This document shows, piece after piece, positions 1 to 9,786 of a stretch of DNA of 64,000 bases. This stretch comes from Emiliania huxleyi CCMP1516 (lineage: Eukaryota): contig NW_005201493.1 in assembly GCF_000372725.1 (NCBI RefSeq), positions 342,475-406,474 on the forward strand. Direction: 5' to 3'. The notes under the pieces were generated by a model. That model was not told the origin of the DNA. It ran no database searches and worked only from the letters and a program-made list of their open reading frames with translations. The position numbers and the translations under genes are program-made. The first letter of the stretch is position 1. Each line of letters starts with the position of its first letter.

Positions 1-445
1 GGCTCGCACTTGGACAGGTCGATGTCGCCGTGCACGCGCTGCCGCAAGTGCGCGCCGACGGCGCCGCGCCGCTGCCACGAGTGTGCCGACGAGTCGATGC
101 TGTGCCACTGGGGGTATCGGGCGAGGACATCGTCGATGCTCGCCATGCGTTGGGCGGCGACCTTGGCTGGCAGGCTGTTGGCTTTGGCGGGCTGAGGCGG
201 TGGCCTGGCCCAGCTGCTCTTTGCCTTTGTGGGCGGCGGCGGCGGCGGGGGGGGCGGCGGCGGCGGCTTTGGGCCCTCGGCAACATTGCCCTGGCGCCGC
301 GCTCGGCTGCCCTCGGACATTGCCGACATTCGGTCCTTGACTGCATTCGCGATGTGCTGGGCGGCAAGCGCGCGGGCAGCGGCTGCCCGAGCGTCGCTCG
401 GCTCCGACATGAAGCGATCCTGGATCGACAGGTCGCACTGGTGTA
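1..445 (-). CDS. Possible 5' part of a hypothetical protein gene running off the window start
   Basis: Minus strand gives plausible coding text (MSEPSDARAAAARALAAQHIANAVKDRM...PPPPP, then in another frame KVAAQRMASIDDVLARYPQWHSID...). No family recognised. Confidence 0.2.
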
Positions 446-510
446 GGGAGGGCAAAGTCGGCGGCCGACAAGGGTCAAGACAAGGTTCAAACTTTATGGG
501 GTGTGGTAGG

Positions 511-580
511 GTGCACCCATACCGCGTTGGTGTCCAGTCCGAGCCTGGCTGTTCTTCACCTTTCTACCTACCTACCTACC
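511..580 (+). repeat. Dispersed ~45-bp motif A next to a simple repeat
   Basis: ccataccgcg..tggtgtccagtccgagcctggctgttcttca recurs at ~16398-16441 (+), ~31347-31405 (-) and ~41405-41462 (-). Confidence 0.75.
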
Positions 581-1539
581 TACGGTGTAGTGCTATTGTT
601 GGCAAAGGTAGAAAGGTGAAACAAGACACAGAGCTCACACAGAATCACAGCGGGAGGAAAGCGGCGAGTCGCAATTCCAGGGGTCGTTGTGGCGGGCCAC
701 CCTGTCCAGAAAGGCATGGATGCCAATCTGGGGTCTCTCGACCGAGCGAGTCTATGAGCCCTGCCTGGCCGCTCCCGGTTGTGGCAGAGGTTATAGAACC
801 AAGCGTCGGAGATGGTGCGGGGGTACGGGTGTTCCAGGGGGTCACGACACGCACCGACCCTTCACGAACCGAAAGGCTGTGCCCGGGGAAGGCACAGTAA
901 TCCGGCACGTGTTGGTCGCCCCATTCCGTTTAGGGCTAGGTCGGCTCAGGGCCCCGTCCACTTCCCTCCCACTTGGCGCGTGATAATGAGGAGTGCGGTA
1001 GGGGTAGACATTCTACCTCCCATCTAACCGCGCCTACCCTTTCTTGGGTAATGGGTAGACCTTTCACACCCACCGAGGTCATTACCTCTAACTAGTTCGT
1101 GCGTCCTGCTATCGCCCGCCTGCTTTCGTTGCATCCTCTCAGTGTGGTTTATGGTTTGCTAGACCCATGAGACCAGCCACGCCGCGCCCTCGGGCGCCTC
1201 CACCGCCGCCCTCAGCCACGCCGCTACGACCGTCGGAGACGTCAACTCCGCCGTCACAAGGAGTTGCCACCCAGGCCAGCCAGGGCAGGGGCGGGGGGCG
1301 AGGGCAGAGGGCGGGATGGGCGCTAAGCGGGAGGGAGTTTTGGAGCAGACGCCGCGCGGCCAGCGCGCCGCGCAGCTGGGCCCCGGTGGTCACCAGGACG
1401 GATCTCGACCCCTCCGGCACGAGCACCGCGCTCGTCAGCGACTCGGCAGACTATGCCGAGGAGCGCGTTCGAACAGCGCCCCGCCGAGATCTCGCTCTGA
1501 GTACATACACCCCACGATCGAGACCGCCGGTCGGCAGCC

Positions 1540-3173
1540 CTAAAACTGACTTGCCAGAGCTGCGGTCAGCTCCTCATTATCCGCCCGGACCTTCTCGAGC
1601 TCCGCGTCGCGCGCCGCCACCGCCCCCTTGAGCTCCGCCACCTGGTCGAGCGCGTCGCCGAGCAGCCCCTTGGCCACGCCAAAGTCGCGCAGCTGCTCCA
1701 CGCCGCCGCTCGCCCGCACCTCGGCGGCGTGGTCGGCCACGAAGCAGCGGCACTGCGCGAGGAGCCGCCCGTCGCCCATCGTGTGCGCCGCCTCGAGCAG
1801 CGGCACGGCGGTCGCCGGCGCGACGCTCTCCTGCAGCGCCTGCGCGCAGAGCAGCTCGAGGCGCGGCACCTGATACATCTGCGCCAGCTCCCGCAGGTCG
1901 AGCGCGCGCTGCGCCCTGCCGCCCGCCTCCTCGCCGAGGTCGAACTTGTCGGAGAGGAGGTAGTCGATGAGGGCAGTGAAGCTGGCGGGGTCGGTGTGGG
2001 CCACCGTGACCTCGGCGGCGTCGCGCTCCTTCATGCCGATGCCAAACATGGTCCGAAAGACTGGGGACCGGGCGCAGAGGTTGGCCTTGGTGACGTGCTC
2101 GACGCGCTCCTCGTCGTCGCCGACCAGGAAGGTGACCATGCCCTGCGGGAGGGAGGCGTCGCCCCGCGTCGTTGCGAAGTCAGCCAGGATGGTGGAGGGC
2201 AGAACGACGATCGGGGCAAAGGAGGGAGGAGGAGGAGGCGCCGCCACGCAGACCTGACGGAGGCCTCCTTCCGAACCGACCAACAGCGTGCTGCCGTCTG
2301 GGCTGATGGCGACTTCGGCTGGTCCGTTGAGCTCCGCCGCGTCGCCCACGCCATCAGTGCTGCCCCTGGTGCCGCTGCCCGCGACCGTCGTCACCTCTCC
2401 CGTCGCCACCTCCACCCGCCGGATCTTGTGGTTGTCGCAGTCCGCCACGAACAGCGCGCCGCCGTCTGGGCTGATGGCGACGTTGTGTGGGTTGTAGAAC
2501 TGCGCCGCGTCGCCCACGCCATCAGTGCTGCCACTGGCGCCGCTGCCCGCGATCGTCTGGGGCGCGCGTCGCCCACGCCGTCCGCGTTGCCCTCCTCGCC
2601 GCCTCCAGCGAGCGTGGTCACAGCGCCAGTCGCCACCTCAACCCGCCGGATCTTGTGGTTCTCATGGTCAGCCACAAACAATGCACTCGCGTCGGAGCTG
2701 ATGGCGATGCCACATGGGTTGTTGAACTCCGCCGCGTCGCCCACGCCATCAGTGCTGCCTCTGGTGCCACTTCCCGCGATCGTCGTCACCTCTCCCGTCG
2801 CCACCTCCACCCGCCGGATCTCGTGGCCGCTGAAGTCGGCCACAAAAACCGCGCTCCCGTCCGGGCTGGCGGCAGCGGTGTAGTAGTAGTCGTCACTTGC
2901 CGGCAAGGCTGCCACGCGGCGCACACGCCCGGCCGTCGAGACGTGCAGCAGCGAGTCCTTGGTCGCGACGTACCAGGCGCCCGCGTGGTCGCTCGCGACG
3001 CCAACCGGACCGAGCGATAGAGGGCCGTCCTCGCCCTCGAGCGTCAGCGTGGAGACCTGGCCGACGACGCGCGCGCCAAAGATGCGCGCGTCGAAGCCAT
3101 CCGCGACCGGCACGGGCTCCTCGTCCACCTCGCCGCCGCCGGTGCGGGCGCGCTTGCGGGCGGCGGACGCCAT
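1540..3173 (-). CDS. NHL-repeat beta-propeller plus BTB/POZ domain protein, frameshifted near 2555-2565
   Basis: Repeats of FNNPCGIAIS...LFVADHENHKIRRV...VTTIAGSG, then BTB-like VTFLVG...LCARSPVFRTMF...FTALIDYL...AQMYQVPRLELLC and a coiled-coil tail. Split over ORFs 2391..3227 and 1540..2517; ATG at 3173. Confidence 0.85.
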
Positions 3174-3321
3174 TACACACACACACCAACCGCTGGATTC
3201 GGGACACACGGGCTTGTGGGGTAACACTTTCTTCCTACATACATACCAACAAACTTTCGCGTGCGATTACTGACTTGGGAGCCCGCGCGGATGCCGACGA
3301 GCGAGGATCACGGTGCGCTAT

Positions 3322-3495
3322 CTGGTAATAAGACGGCTCGCAGAGAACGGGGCATTGCACCTACATAGTGCGGGACCTGGGGCAGCAAACAACAACCTGG
3401 ATGGGGACGGGGTGCTGCGCAACCGACGCCAACCAGCAGCGTTCACAGCACAGTGCGAAACTATAGGGTTGCAACCTGGTAATAAGACGGCTCGC
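3322..3495. mobile_element. 134-bp insertion between 20-bp direct repeats
   Basis: ctggtaataagacggctcgc at 3322-3341 and 3476-3495. Confidence 0.5.
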
Positions 3496-3561
3496 TGGAC
3501 CTAACACAGGCAAACCGCGCGACTCCGTTAAAAAAGAATTTTCCTCCAAACTCCATCTAAC

Positions 3562-3635
3562 TGGGTGCGCTTCTTAGCTCCCCGGTCCTGGGCGTGCGGC
3601 TGCTGACTGCACTCCACTGCACTCCAAGTGCCGCT
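3562..3635 (+). repeat. Dispersed repeat with ctccaagtg subrepeats
   Basis: gggtgcgcttcttagctccccgg..ctgg...actgcactccaagtg recurs at ~48410-48480; related motifs at ~12215-12245 (-) and ~20477-20500. Confidence 0.65.
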
Positions 3636-3688
3636 CCAAACCAAACTCTAAAAAGAACGTTATAGGTATACCTCATCCGACTATTTTA

Positions 3689-4843
3689 CTACATCAAGAC
3701 AGCGAAACCATCCACCCGCGCCGCCGCCATCGGCGCCACCGCCTCCCACGCGCCCGCTGCCGGGTCGTACCGCTCCACCGAGCTGAGGCGGCCGGTGAGG
3801 CCTAGCGGGCCCCGCCCGCCAACAGCGTACAGCTTGCCGTCGAGCACCGCCACAGCGGCGGCCTGCCGCGCCAATGCCGTCGGCGCCACCGCCTCCCACG
3901 CGTTCGTCGCAGGGTCGTACCGCTCTACCGAGCTGAGGGTGCCGTCGTCGTCGTTGCCGCCTCCCACAGCATACAGCTTGCCGTCAAGTACCGCTACCGC
4001 AAGCTCAGCCCGAGCCGTCGGCATTGGCGCCACCTCCTCCCACGCGTTCAGCGCCGGGTCGTACCGCTCCACCGAGCTGAGGTCGCCACCGTTGATGCCG
4101 CCCAGAGCATACAGCTTGCCGTCGAGCACCGCCACGCTGTGCATAAACCGTTCCTCCGCCATCGGCGCCACCGCCTCCCACGTGTTCGTCGCGGGATCGT
4201 ACCGCTCCACCGAGCTGAGGGCGTCGTCGTCGTAGCCTCCCACGGCGTACAGCTTGCTGTCGAGCACCGCCACGGCGTGATACTCGCGTGCCCCCGCCAT
4301 CGGCGCCACCGCCTCCCACGCGTTCGCAGCCAGGTCGTACCGCTCCACCAGGTTGGAAAATGCGCCGCCATCCTGGCCGCCCTCGAGGCCGCCCGCCGCG
4401 TAGAGCTTGCCATCGAGGACCGCCATGCCGGCATCTTCGCGTGCCGTTGGCATCGATTCCACAGCCTCCTCCTCCCACTCATTTGTGGAAGGGTCGTACC
4501 GCTCCATCGAGCTCAGGTTGCCACCGTTGCCGTTGCCGCCGAACACGACCAGGCGCGGCCGCTCGCGATTCACCAGCGTCTGCTTCCAACCGCGGCGCCA
4601 CGCGCGGCACGTCCCTTTGACGGCGTGCTCCTTGGTCGGCAGCTGGGCGAGGATGTGCGGGGCGAGGTCCGGCGAGAGGAGGACCTCGGAGAGGATCCAC
4701 TCGGGCTGCTCCACGAGCCGTGCGTGCTCCTCCGCCACGCGCACCGCGGCGTCGCTCCAGAGAGGCGCCTGCTCGTCGATGAAGGCGAGGAGCTGCTCTG
4801 GCGAGAGGCCAGAGAGGCGGGCGCTCATGCGGTGGGCGGCCAT
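3689..4843 (-). CDS. Kelch-repeat protein with F-box-like N-terminus
   Basis: About six Kelch repeats (AVLDGKLYAVGG...LSSVERYDP..N.WE.VAPM) preceded by LSPDLAPHILAQLP...VKGTCRAWR. Intronless 384-aa ORF. Confidence 0.92.
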   Translation of the reverse strand: MAAHRMSARLSGLSPEQLLAFIDEQAPLWSDAAVRVAEEHARLVEQPEWILSEVLLSPDLAPHILAQLPTKEHAVKGTCRAWRRGWKQTLVNRERPRLVVFGGNGNGGNLSSMERYDPSTNEWEEEAVESMPTAREDAGMAVLDGKLYAAGGLEGGQDGGAFSNLVERYDLAANAWEAVAPMAGAREYHAVAVLDSKLYAVGGYDDDALSSVERYDPATNTWEAVAPMAEERFMHSVAVLDGKLYALGGINGGDLSSVERYDPALNAWEEVAPMPTARAELAVAVLDGKLYAVGGGNDDDGTLSSVERYDPATNAWEAVAPTALARQAAAVAVLDGKLYAVGGRGPLGLTGRLSSVERYDPAAGAWEAVAPMAAARVDGFAVLM

Positions 4844-5629
4844 CTTAGAGACGTCGACAAAGCGATTTCTTTTTTGGTTTCAGTGCCGAAAAGTAAAGAG
4901 GGCAAACCGCGGCTACGTGCTAAAGGAACACATGCGTGGGTCACATCAGGAGGAGCGCCTGTCGGGAGGAGCTGCCCGGCATTGGCGGCGCACCGCCACG
5001 ACTTGGCACCCGCACCTGCGGATCCTGCGTGCCTGCGTCCCTCGCTCTGAATAAGAAAAGCGCGCCAGCCACGCAACCCGCGGGAGGAGGAGGGCGGGTA
5101 GGCTCCCTCCCCAACGTCAGTTCTTGGTACATGGGTGGGAGGCATGCGCAATTAAAGAGTTCCCATCGGAGAGATCTCAACCAGGGGGGCAAGGGGCCGG
5201 AGGAGGCTGTGCAGGCTGCTCCACCTCCAGGCCACTCCAGCGCGCGTGTCCAGCTCCAGGAAGAGCACAAGAGGAGTTTCAGGGAGAGCCGCTGGCCTTG
5301 CGGCGTGCCTGGGCGGACTAAAACGTACGACATTGAAAACATACTCGACACATGCATGCAGTACTGTCTACTGACGTATATCAACCAGTTGATGTCTAGA
5401 TCACAAATCACTAATCAGGTTCAGCGCTGCGAGCGTCAGAGGCGCTACGCACAACGCATGAAGACTAAAGCGACAAGTTGGGGGCGGAGACAGCCGGGGA
5501 ACAGGGCTGTGAGAGAGCAAGCCTCAGCGAGAGTCTGAGCGCGCGCGAGCCAGAGATCGCAGATCGCGCCCCGTGGCACGGAGAGGAGGTCGACGGCAAG
5601 TTGACGGCAGGTTGACGGCGTTCACCGGT

Positions 5630-8600
5630 TCACGCCTCTTCAGCGCAGCTCTCGATGTCGGCAAGGTTGCTCGCCTGGCTCGCCCGGCGGCGCCGGCCGT
5701 AGACGGCGAGCCCAGCCACGGCGGCGAGCGCCAGCGGAGCTGCGACGGCGGCGCGCGCGTTGCTGCTCCAGGGGGCGGGCGCGGATTCGGCGAGGCGGCG
5801 ACGGCCGCTCCCGCCGAGGCAGTCCTGGGTGCAGTATTGAGCGGGGCAGAAGGAGGGCGTCCAGTTGCAGTTGCGGTCACACCAAGCGTCGGTATAGCCG
5901 GAATGAAATCCGGTCGACACGCACTGCCCCCCGCCGGTGCCCGCCGGTGGCGGCGATGGCGGCGGTGGGGGCGGCGAAGGCGGCGGAGGAGGTGAAGGCG
6001 GCGGCGGCGATGGCGGCGGGGGCGGCGACGGCGGCGGAAGAGGTGAAGGCGGCGGCGGCGATGGCGGCGGGGGCGGCGATGGCGGCGGTGGGGGCGGCGA
6101 AGGCGGCGGAGGAGGTGAAGGCGGCGGCGGCGATGGCGGCGGGGGCGGCGACGGCGACGGGGAAGGCGCACCTCCGCCACCTCCACCGCCGCCGCCTCCA
6201 CCGCTCCCGCCACCGCACCGGCAGCAAGCGGTGCCGATGATGCTGTGCGCGCAGTAGCCGCACATCATTTCAAAGGGCCACCCGGGGCAGCTCGACGCGC
6301 CGAGCGCGGCGCAGGAGGTCGAGGACCAACCTTCGGTCAGCGGCATGTCAACGCACTGCCCGCCGCCGTTGCCCGCCGGTGGCGGCGACGGCGGCGGGGG
6401 TGGCGATGGCGGCGGGGGTGGCGACGGCGACGGCGGAGGAGGGTCGGAAATAGCGCCGGGCGGTGGCGAGGGCGGCGGCGGCGGAGGCGAGGGCGGCGGC
6501 GGCGGCGAGGGCGGCGGCGGCGGCGAGGGCGGCGGCGGCGGCGAGGGCGGCGGCGGCGGCGAGGGCGGTGGCGAGGTCGCGCCACCGCCTCCTCCGCCGC
6601 CTCCTCCGCCTCCTCCGCCCCCCGCGGCCCACGCGCTGTTCGCGGCGGAGAGCAGGTCCGCGTCCTTGTCGTCGGATGCCTCCCACCACATCATCCCGGC
6701 GAAGCCCTTCTCCTTTGCGTACGCCGCCTTGATGGCGATCGACTGCTCGTCGTCAAAGGAGACGAACGAGGCCGGGCTGGAGCGGTAGTAGAATGGCACC
6801 TTGCTCGCCGCGTTCCACCCCTTCGTCCAGGCGGGGTTGCCGTCGTAGCTCGCCTTGATGTCGTAGTACGAGACGAGACCCTCCTCGTACGTGCCGCTGA
6901 CGGGGCTGCCCGCGCCGTTCTCGCCCGGCGCCTGTGCGTACTCCTGGTTGGCGCCAAGCCAGCCGCGGCCGTACGCGGGCAGCCCGAGCACAAGCTTGCT
7001 CGGCGCGACGTCCTCGAGCCACAGCTGGACGCCCCAGTCGATGTTGAACTCGGGCGCGCCGCCGGCGGCGGTGCCGTCCGGGTCCTCAAAGAGCGGCGCG
7101 TTGTGAGCGACGAAGGGCAGCCAGGCGCCGTTGTAGTCGTACGACATGAGGTTGATGGCGTCGAGGACCTCGCCAAGCTCGGCGCGCGGCGCGACGCCAG
7201 AGACGCGCGGGTTCATCCCCATGGCGATCGTGAGCTCCTTGTGCTTCGAGGGCGACCGCTCGTCCATCGCCGCGCGCAGCTCGCGCAGCAGCAGCACGTA
7301 GTTGGCCCAGTCGTTGCCGTCCACCTGGTTGTCCGACTCGCCGCAGCAGGCCGGGTACTCCCAGTCGACGTCGATGCCGTCAAAGTCGTGCTCGGTGAGG
7401 AGGTCGACGGCGGAGGCGACGAGCGCGGCGCGCTTGTCGGCGTCGGCGGCGCAGCCGGAGAAGAACTTGCTCTTCGTCCAGCCGCCGAGCGAGAAGGCGA
7501 GGTGCAGGTCGGGGTACTGCTCGTCGCGGAGAATCCGGAGCGCGCCGACGTTCCCCTTGTGCGGCGAGCTCCAGGTCATGCCCACCTCGGGGTAGACGAC
7601 GTCAAAGTCGGCGTACGGGTCCATCGACGCGACGGCGCAGCCGCTCGTCACGTCGAAGAAGGCGTAGTGCACGTGCGTGATCTTGTCGAGGTGGAGGTCG
7701 CTGGGCTTGAAGGGGATGCGGTTGCCGTACTGGTAGATGCCCCAGCTGGAGAAGTATTGCACCACCCGAGGCGGCGTCCCGCCGCCGCCGCCGCCGCCGC
7801 CGCCGTCGCCGCCTGGTGGTGGCTTCGGCGAGGGCGGCGGCGGCGAAGGCGGCGGCGGGGAAGTCGCACCCCCGCCGCCGCCGCCGCCTCCGCCACCCTC
7901 AATGGTCATGCCGGCGGCGAGGAACTCGGAGATGATGAAGTCAAAGTTGGAGAGGCGGCCAGCGTTCTCGGCCGGTGTGGCCCCCCAGTAGCCGTTGTTG
8001 ACCACGCCGCCCGTGCCTGACGCGAAGTCGGCGCCCGCCACGACCGACGCAGCCCGATTGAAGCCCGACTCGACGAACTTTCGGAGGGACTCGTCAAAGG
8101 TCGCCGCCTCGGCCTCCAGCCCGTACCCCTGCACGTTGTTCGCCCAGTAGAAGATCGCGCCGAGCCACTTGGCGTCGTCGTTCTGGCAGATGGCCTCGGG
8201 GTTGGTGCAGAGGTCGATGCCGCTCAGCGAGGGCACCTGGGAGAAGACCTCGCGCTGCAGGAGGCCGTAGTTGTTTGGGCCCGTCGTCTGGATGGCGCCG
8301 CGGCCCCACCAGCAGCACTTCTCGGTGCCCGTGCCTGGCTCGCACTTGAGCGGTCCGGGAGCCCACGACGCCCACGTCTCGGCAGTCATGGTCATCTGCG
8401 GATCGACGTAGCACGCCCACGGCTGGTCGTTGAGGGAGTGGTAGAGCTCGCCGTCGGAGCGCTGCGTGCACGACGCGGTCGGCGAGGAGGGCGGGTAGTC
8501 GTTCTCGTCGCAGGCAGTGAATGGCGCCTCGCCGCCGCTCTCCCACATCGCCTGGGCGAGCAGCCCCGCGATGTTGGAGAGGCCGAGGGCGGTGGACATG

Positions 8601-9175
8601 TCGCCCTCGCCGAGGAAGAGCCGGCGGTCGCTCTCAAGGTCGTTGAAGGAGCGGAGGGCGTCGCAGAAGCCAGACCACCTGCGCAGCGGAGGCGGCGAAT
8701 GGGGCGGCGGAGAGGGAGAAAGGCGAGGAGAGGCGGTGGCGAGTGGTGCGTGGAAGGGGGCGGCGGAGAGGGAGAAGGGCGAGGAGAGGCGGTGGCGAGT
8801 GGTTGGTGGATGGGCGCACTTGTAAATCTCGTTGGAGTCGATCAGGCCGATTTTGCACCCAATCTTGCTCTCGAAAAGGACGGCGTCGATGGCGGCATCC
8901 CCTGTGCAGACGGCCGGCGGCTCCTCGCACTCGGTGACGCAGGTAAGTCGGCCCTCGTCGTTCAGCGAGCAGCACTCGTCTAGGGCGTTGATGTTGGAGC
9001 AGTGAGCTGCAGTGCTGCCGAGCCAGCCGGCGGCCGAGCAGCAGTAGCCGTCGGCGGGCGGAGGCCACGCGGACGAGCACGTCTCCCAGCCGGCGGGCGG
9101 GCACTGCGGCGTGGCGGTGACGGCGGATAGGATCGCGAGGAGGCTGGCGAGCTTGCTGTGGAGGCTGGCGAGCAT
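5630..9175 (-). CDS. Secreted or membrane-anchored chitinase: hevein-like domain, GH19, GH18, Pro-rich linkers, Cys-rich modules; one intron 8679-8819
   Basis: Signal peptide MLASLHSKLASLLAILSAVTA; CCSAAGWLGSTAAHC; GH19-like AQAMWESG and WWGRGAIQTTGPNNYG; GH18 motifs SLGGWT, FDGIDVDWEYP, NLMSYDY, GMMWWE; hydrophobic C-terminal segment. GT-AG intron rejoins EIYK|WSGFC. Confidence 0.93.
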   Translation of the reverse strand: MLASLHSKLASLLAILSAVTATPQCPPAGWETCSSAWPPPADGYCCSAAGWLGSTAAHCSNINALDECCSLNDEGRLTCVTECEEPPAVCTGDAAIDAVLFESKIGCKIGLIDSNEIYKCAHPPTTRHRLSSPFSLSAAPFHAPLATASPRLSPSPPPHSPPPLRRWSGFCDALRSFNDLESDRRLFLGEGDMSTALGLSNIAGLLAQAMWESGGEAPFTACDENDYPPSSPTASCTQRSDGELYHSLNDQPWACYVDPQMTMTAETWASWAPGPLKCEPGTGTEKCCWWGRGAIQTTGPNNYGLLQREVFSQVPSLSGIDLCTNPEAICQNDDAKWLGAIFYWANNVQGYGLEAEAATFDESLRKFVESGFNRAASVVAGADFASGTGGVVNNGYWGATPAENAGRLSNFDFIISEFLAAGMTIEGGGGGGGGGGATSPPPPSPPPPSPKPPPGGDGGGGGGGGGTPPRVVQYFSSWGIYQYGNRIPFKPSDLHLDKITHVHYAFFDVTSGCAVASMDPYADFDVVYPEVGMTWSSPHKGNVGALRILRDEQYPDLHLAFSLGGWTKSKFFSGCAADADKRAALVASAVDLLTEHDFDGIDVDWEYPACCGESDNQVDGNDWANYVLLLRELRAAMDERSPSKHKELTIAMGMNPRVSGVAPRAELGEVLDAINLMSYDYNGAWLPFVAHNAPLFEDPDGTAAGGAPEFNIDWGVQLWLEDVAPSKLVLGLPAYGRGWLGANQEYAQAPGENGAGSPVSGTYEEGLVSYYDIKASYDGNPAWTKGWNAASKVPFYYRSSPASFVSFDDEQSIAIKAAYAKEKGFAGMMWWEASDDKDADLLSAANSAWAAGGGGGGGGGGGGGGATSPPPSPPPPPSPPPPPSPPPPPSPPPPPSPPPPPPSPPPGAISDPPPPSPSPPPPPSPPPPPSPPPAGNGGGQCVDMPLTEGWSSTSCAALGASSCPGWPFEMMCGYCAHSIIGTACCRCGGGSGGGGGGGGGGGAPSPSPSPPPPPSPPPPSPPPPPSPPPPPPSPPPPPSPPPPSPLPPPSPPPPPSPPPPSPPPPPSPPPPPPSPPPAGTGGGQCVSTGFHSGYTDAWCDRNCNWTPSFCPAQYCTQDCLGGSGRRRLAESAPAPWSSNARAAVAAPLALAAVAGLAVYGRRRRASQASNLADIESCAEEA

Positions 9176-9330
9176 CGTGGAGTGGAGGCGTGTTGGTGGT
9201 GATTTAGCTTGCGTTTCTGGCCGCCGTTTGGAATCCACGTAAAGCGAGCCCGCATCCACGTAAAGCGAGCTTCTGCGGGCTCCGCGTTTTGCGGGTATTT
9301 CTTATGTTTTTTACACACACCAGTCGACTT

Positions 9331-9522
<192 letters not shown>

Positions 9523-9524
9523 CA

Positions 9525-9786
9525 AAACAACAACAAGGCCCACCACCGGCGGCCCCACGACGGCGTCCTCGCCGCCTGGGCGGACGCAATGCGCGCCCCG
9601 GCCAACGCGCCGGTCGTGCACGGTGACAAGGAGAAACCGGATCTCACCCGGCAGTACAATGAGGGGTACAAGACTGACCTCGCAGAACCCCATGCAGGGC
9701 CGGGAGGATGCGATGAAGTGAATGAAGTCAAGCTCTGGACACCCCTCCTCAAGACCTCCTCGACGGGCGTTGGCAACGCCTCGAGT
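9525..9786 (+). pseudogene. Degenerate coding fragment, possibly restriction-like endonuclease region of a non-LTR retrotransposon (left part)
   Basis: HHRRPHDGVLAAWADAM...YKTDLAE...DEVNEVKLWTP resembles the RH..V...PD...D/E-x-K layout. Similar text resumes after the insertion at 11441. Confidence 0.35.
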
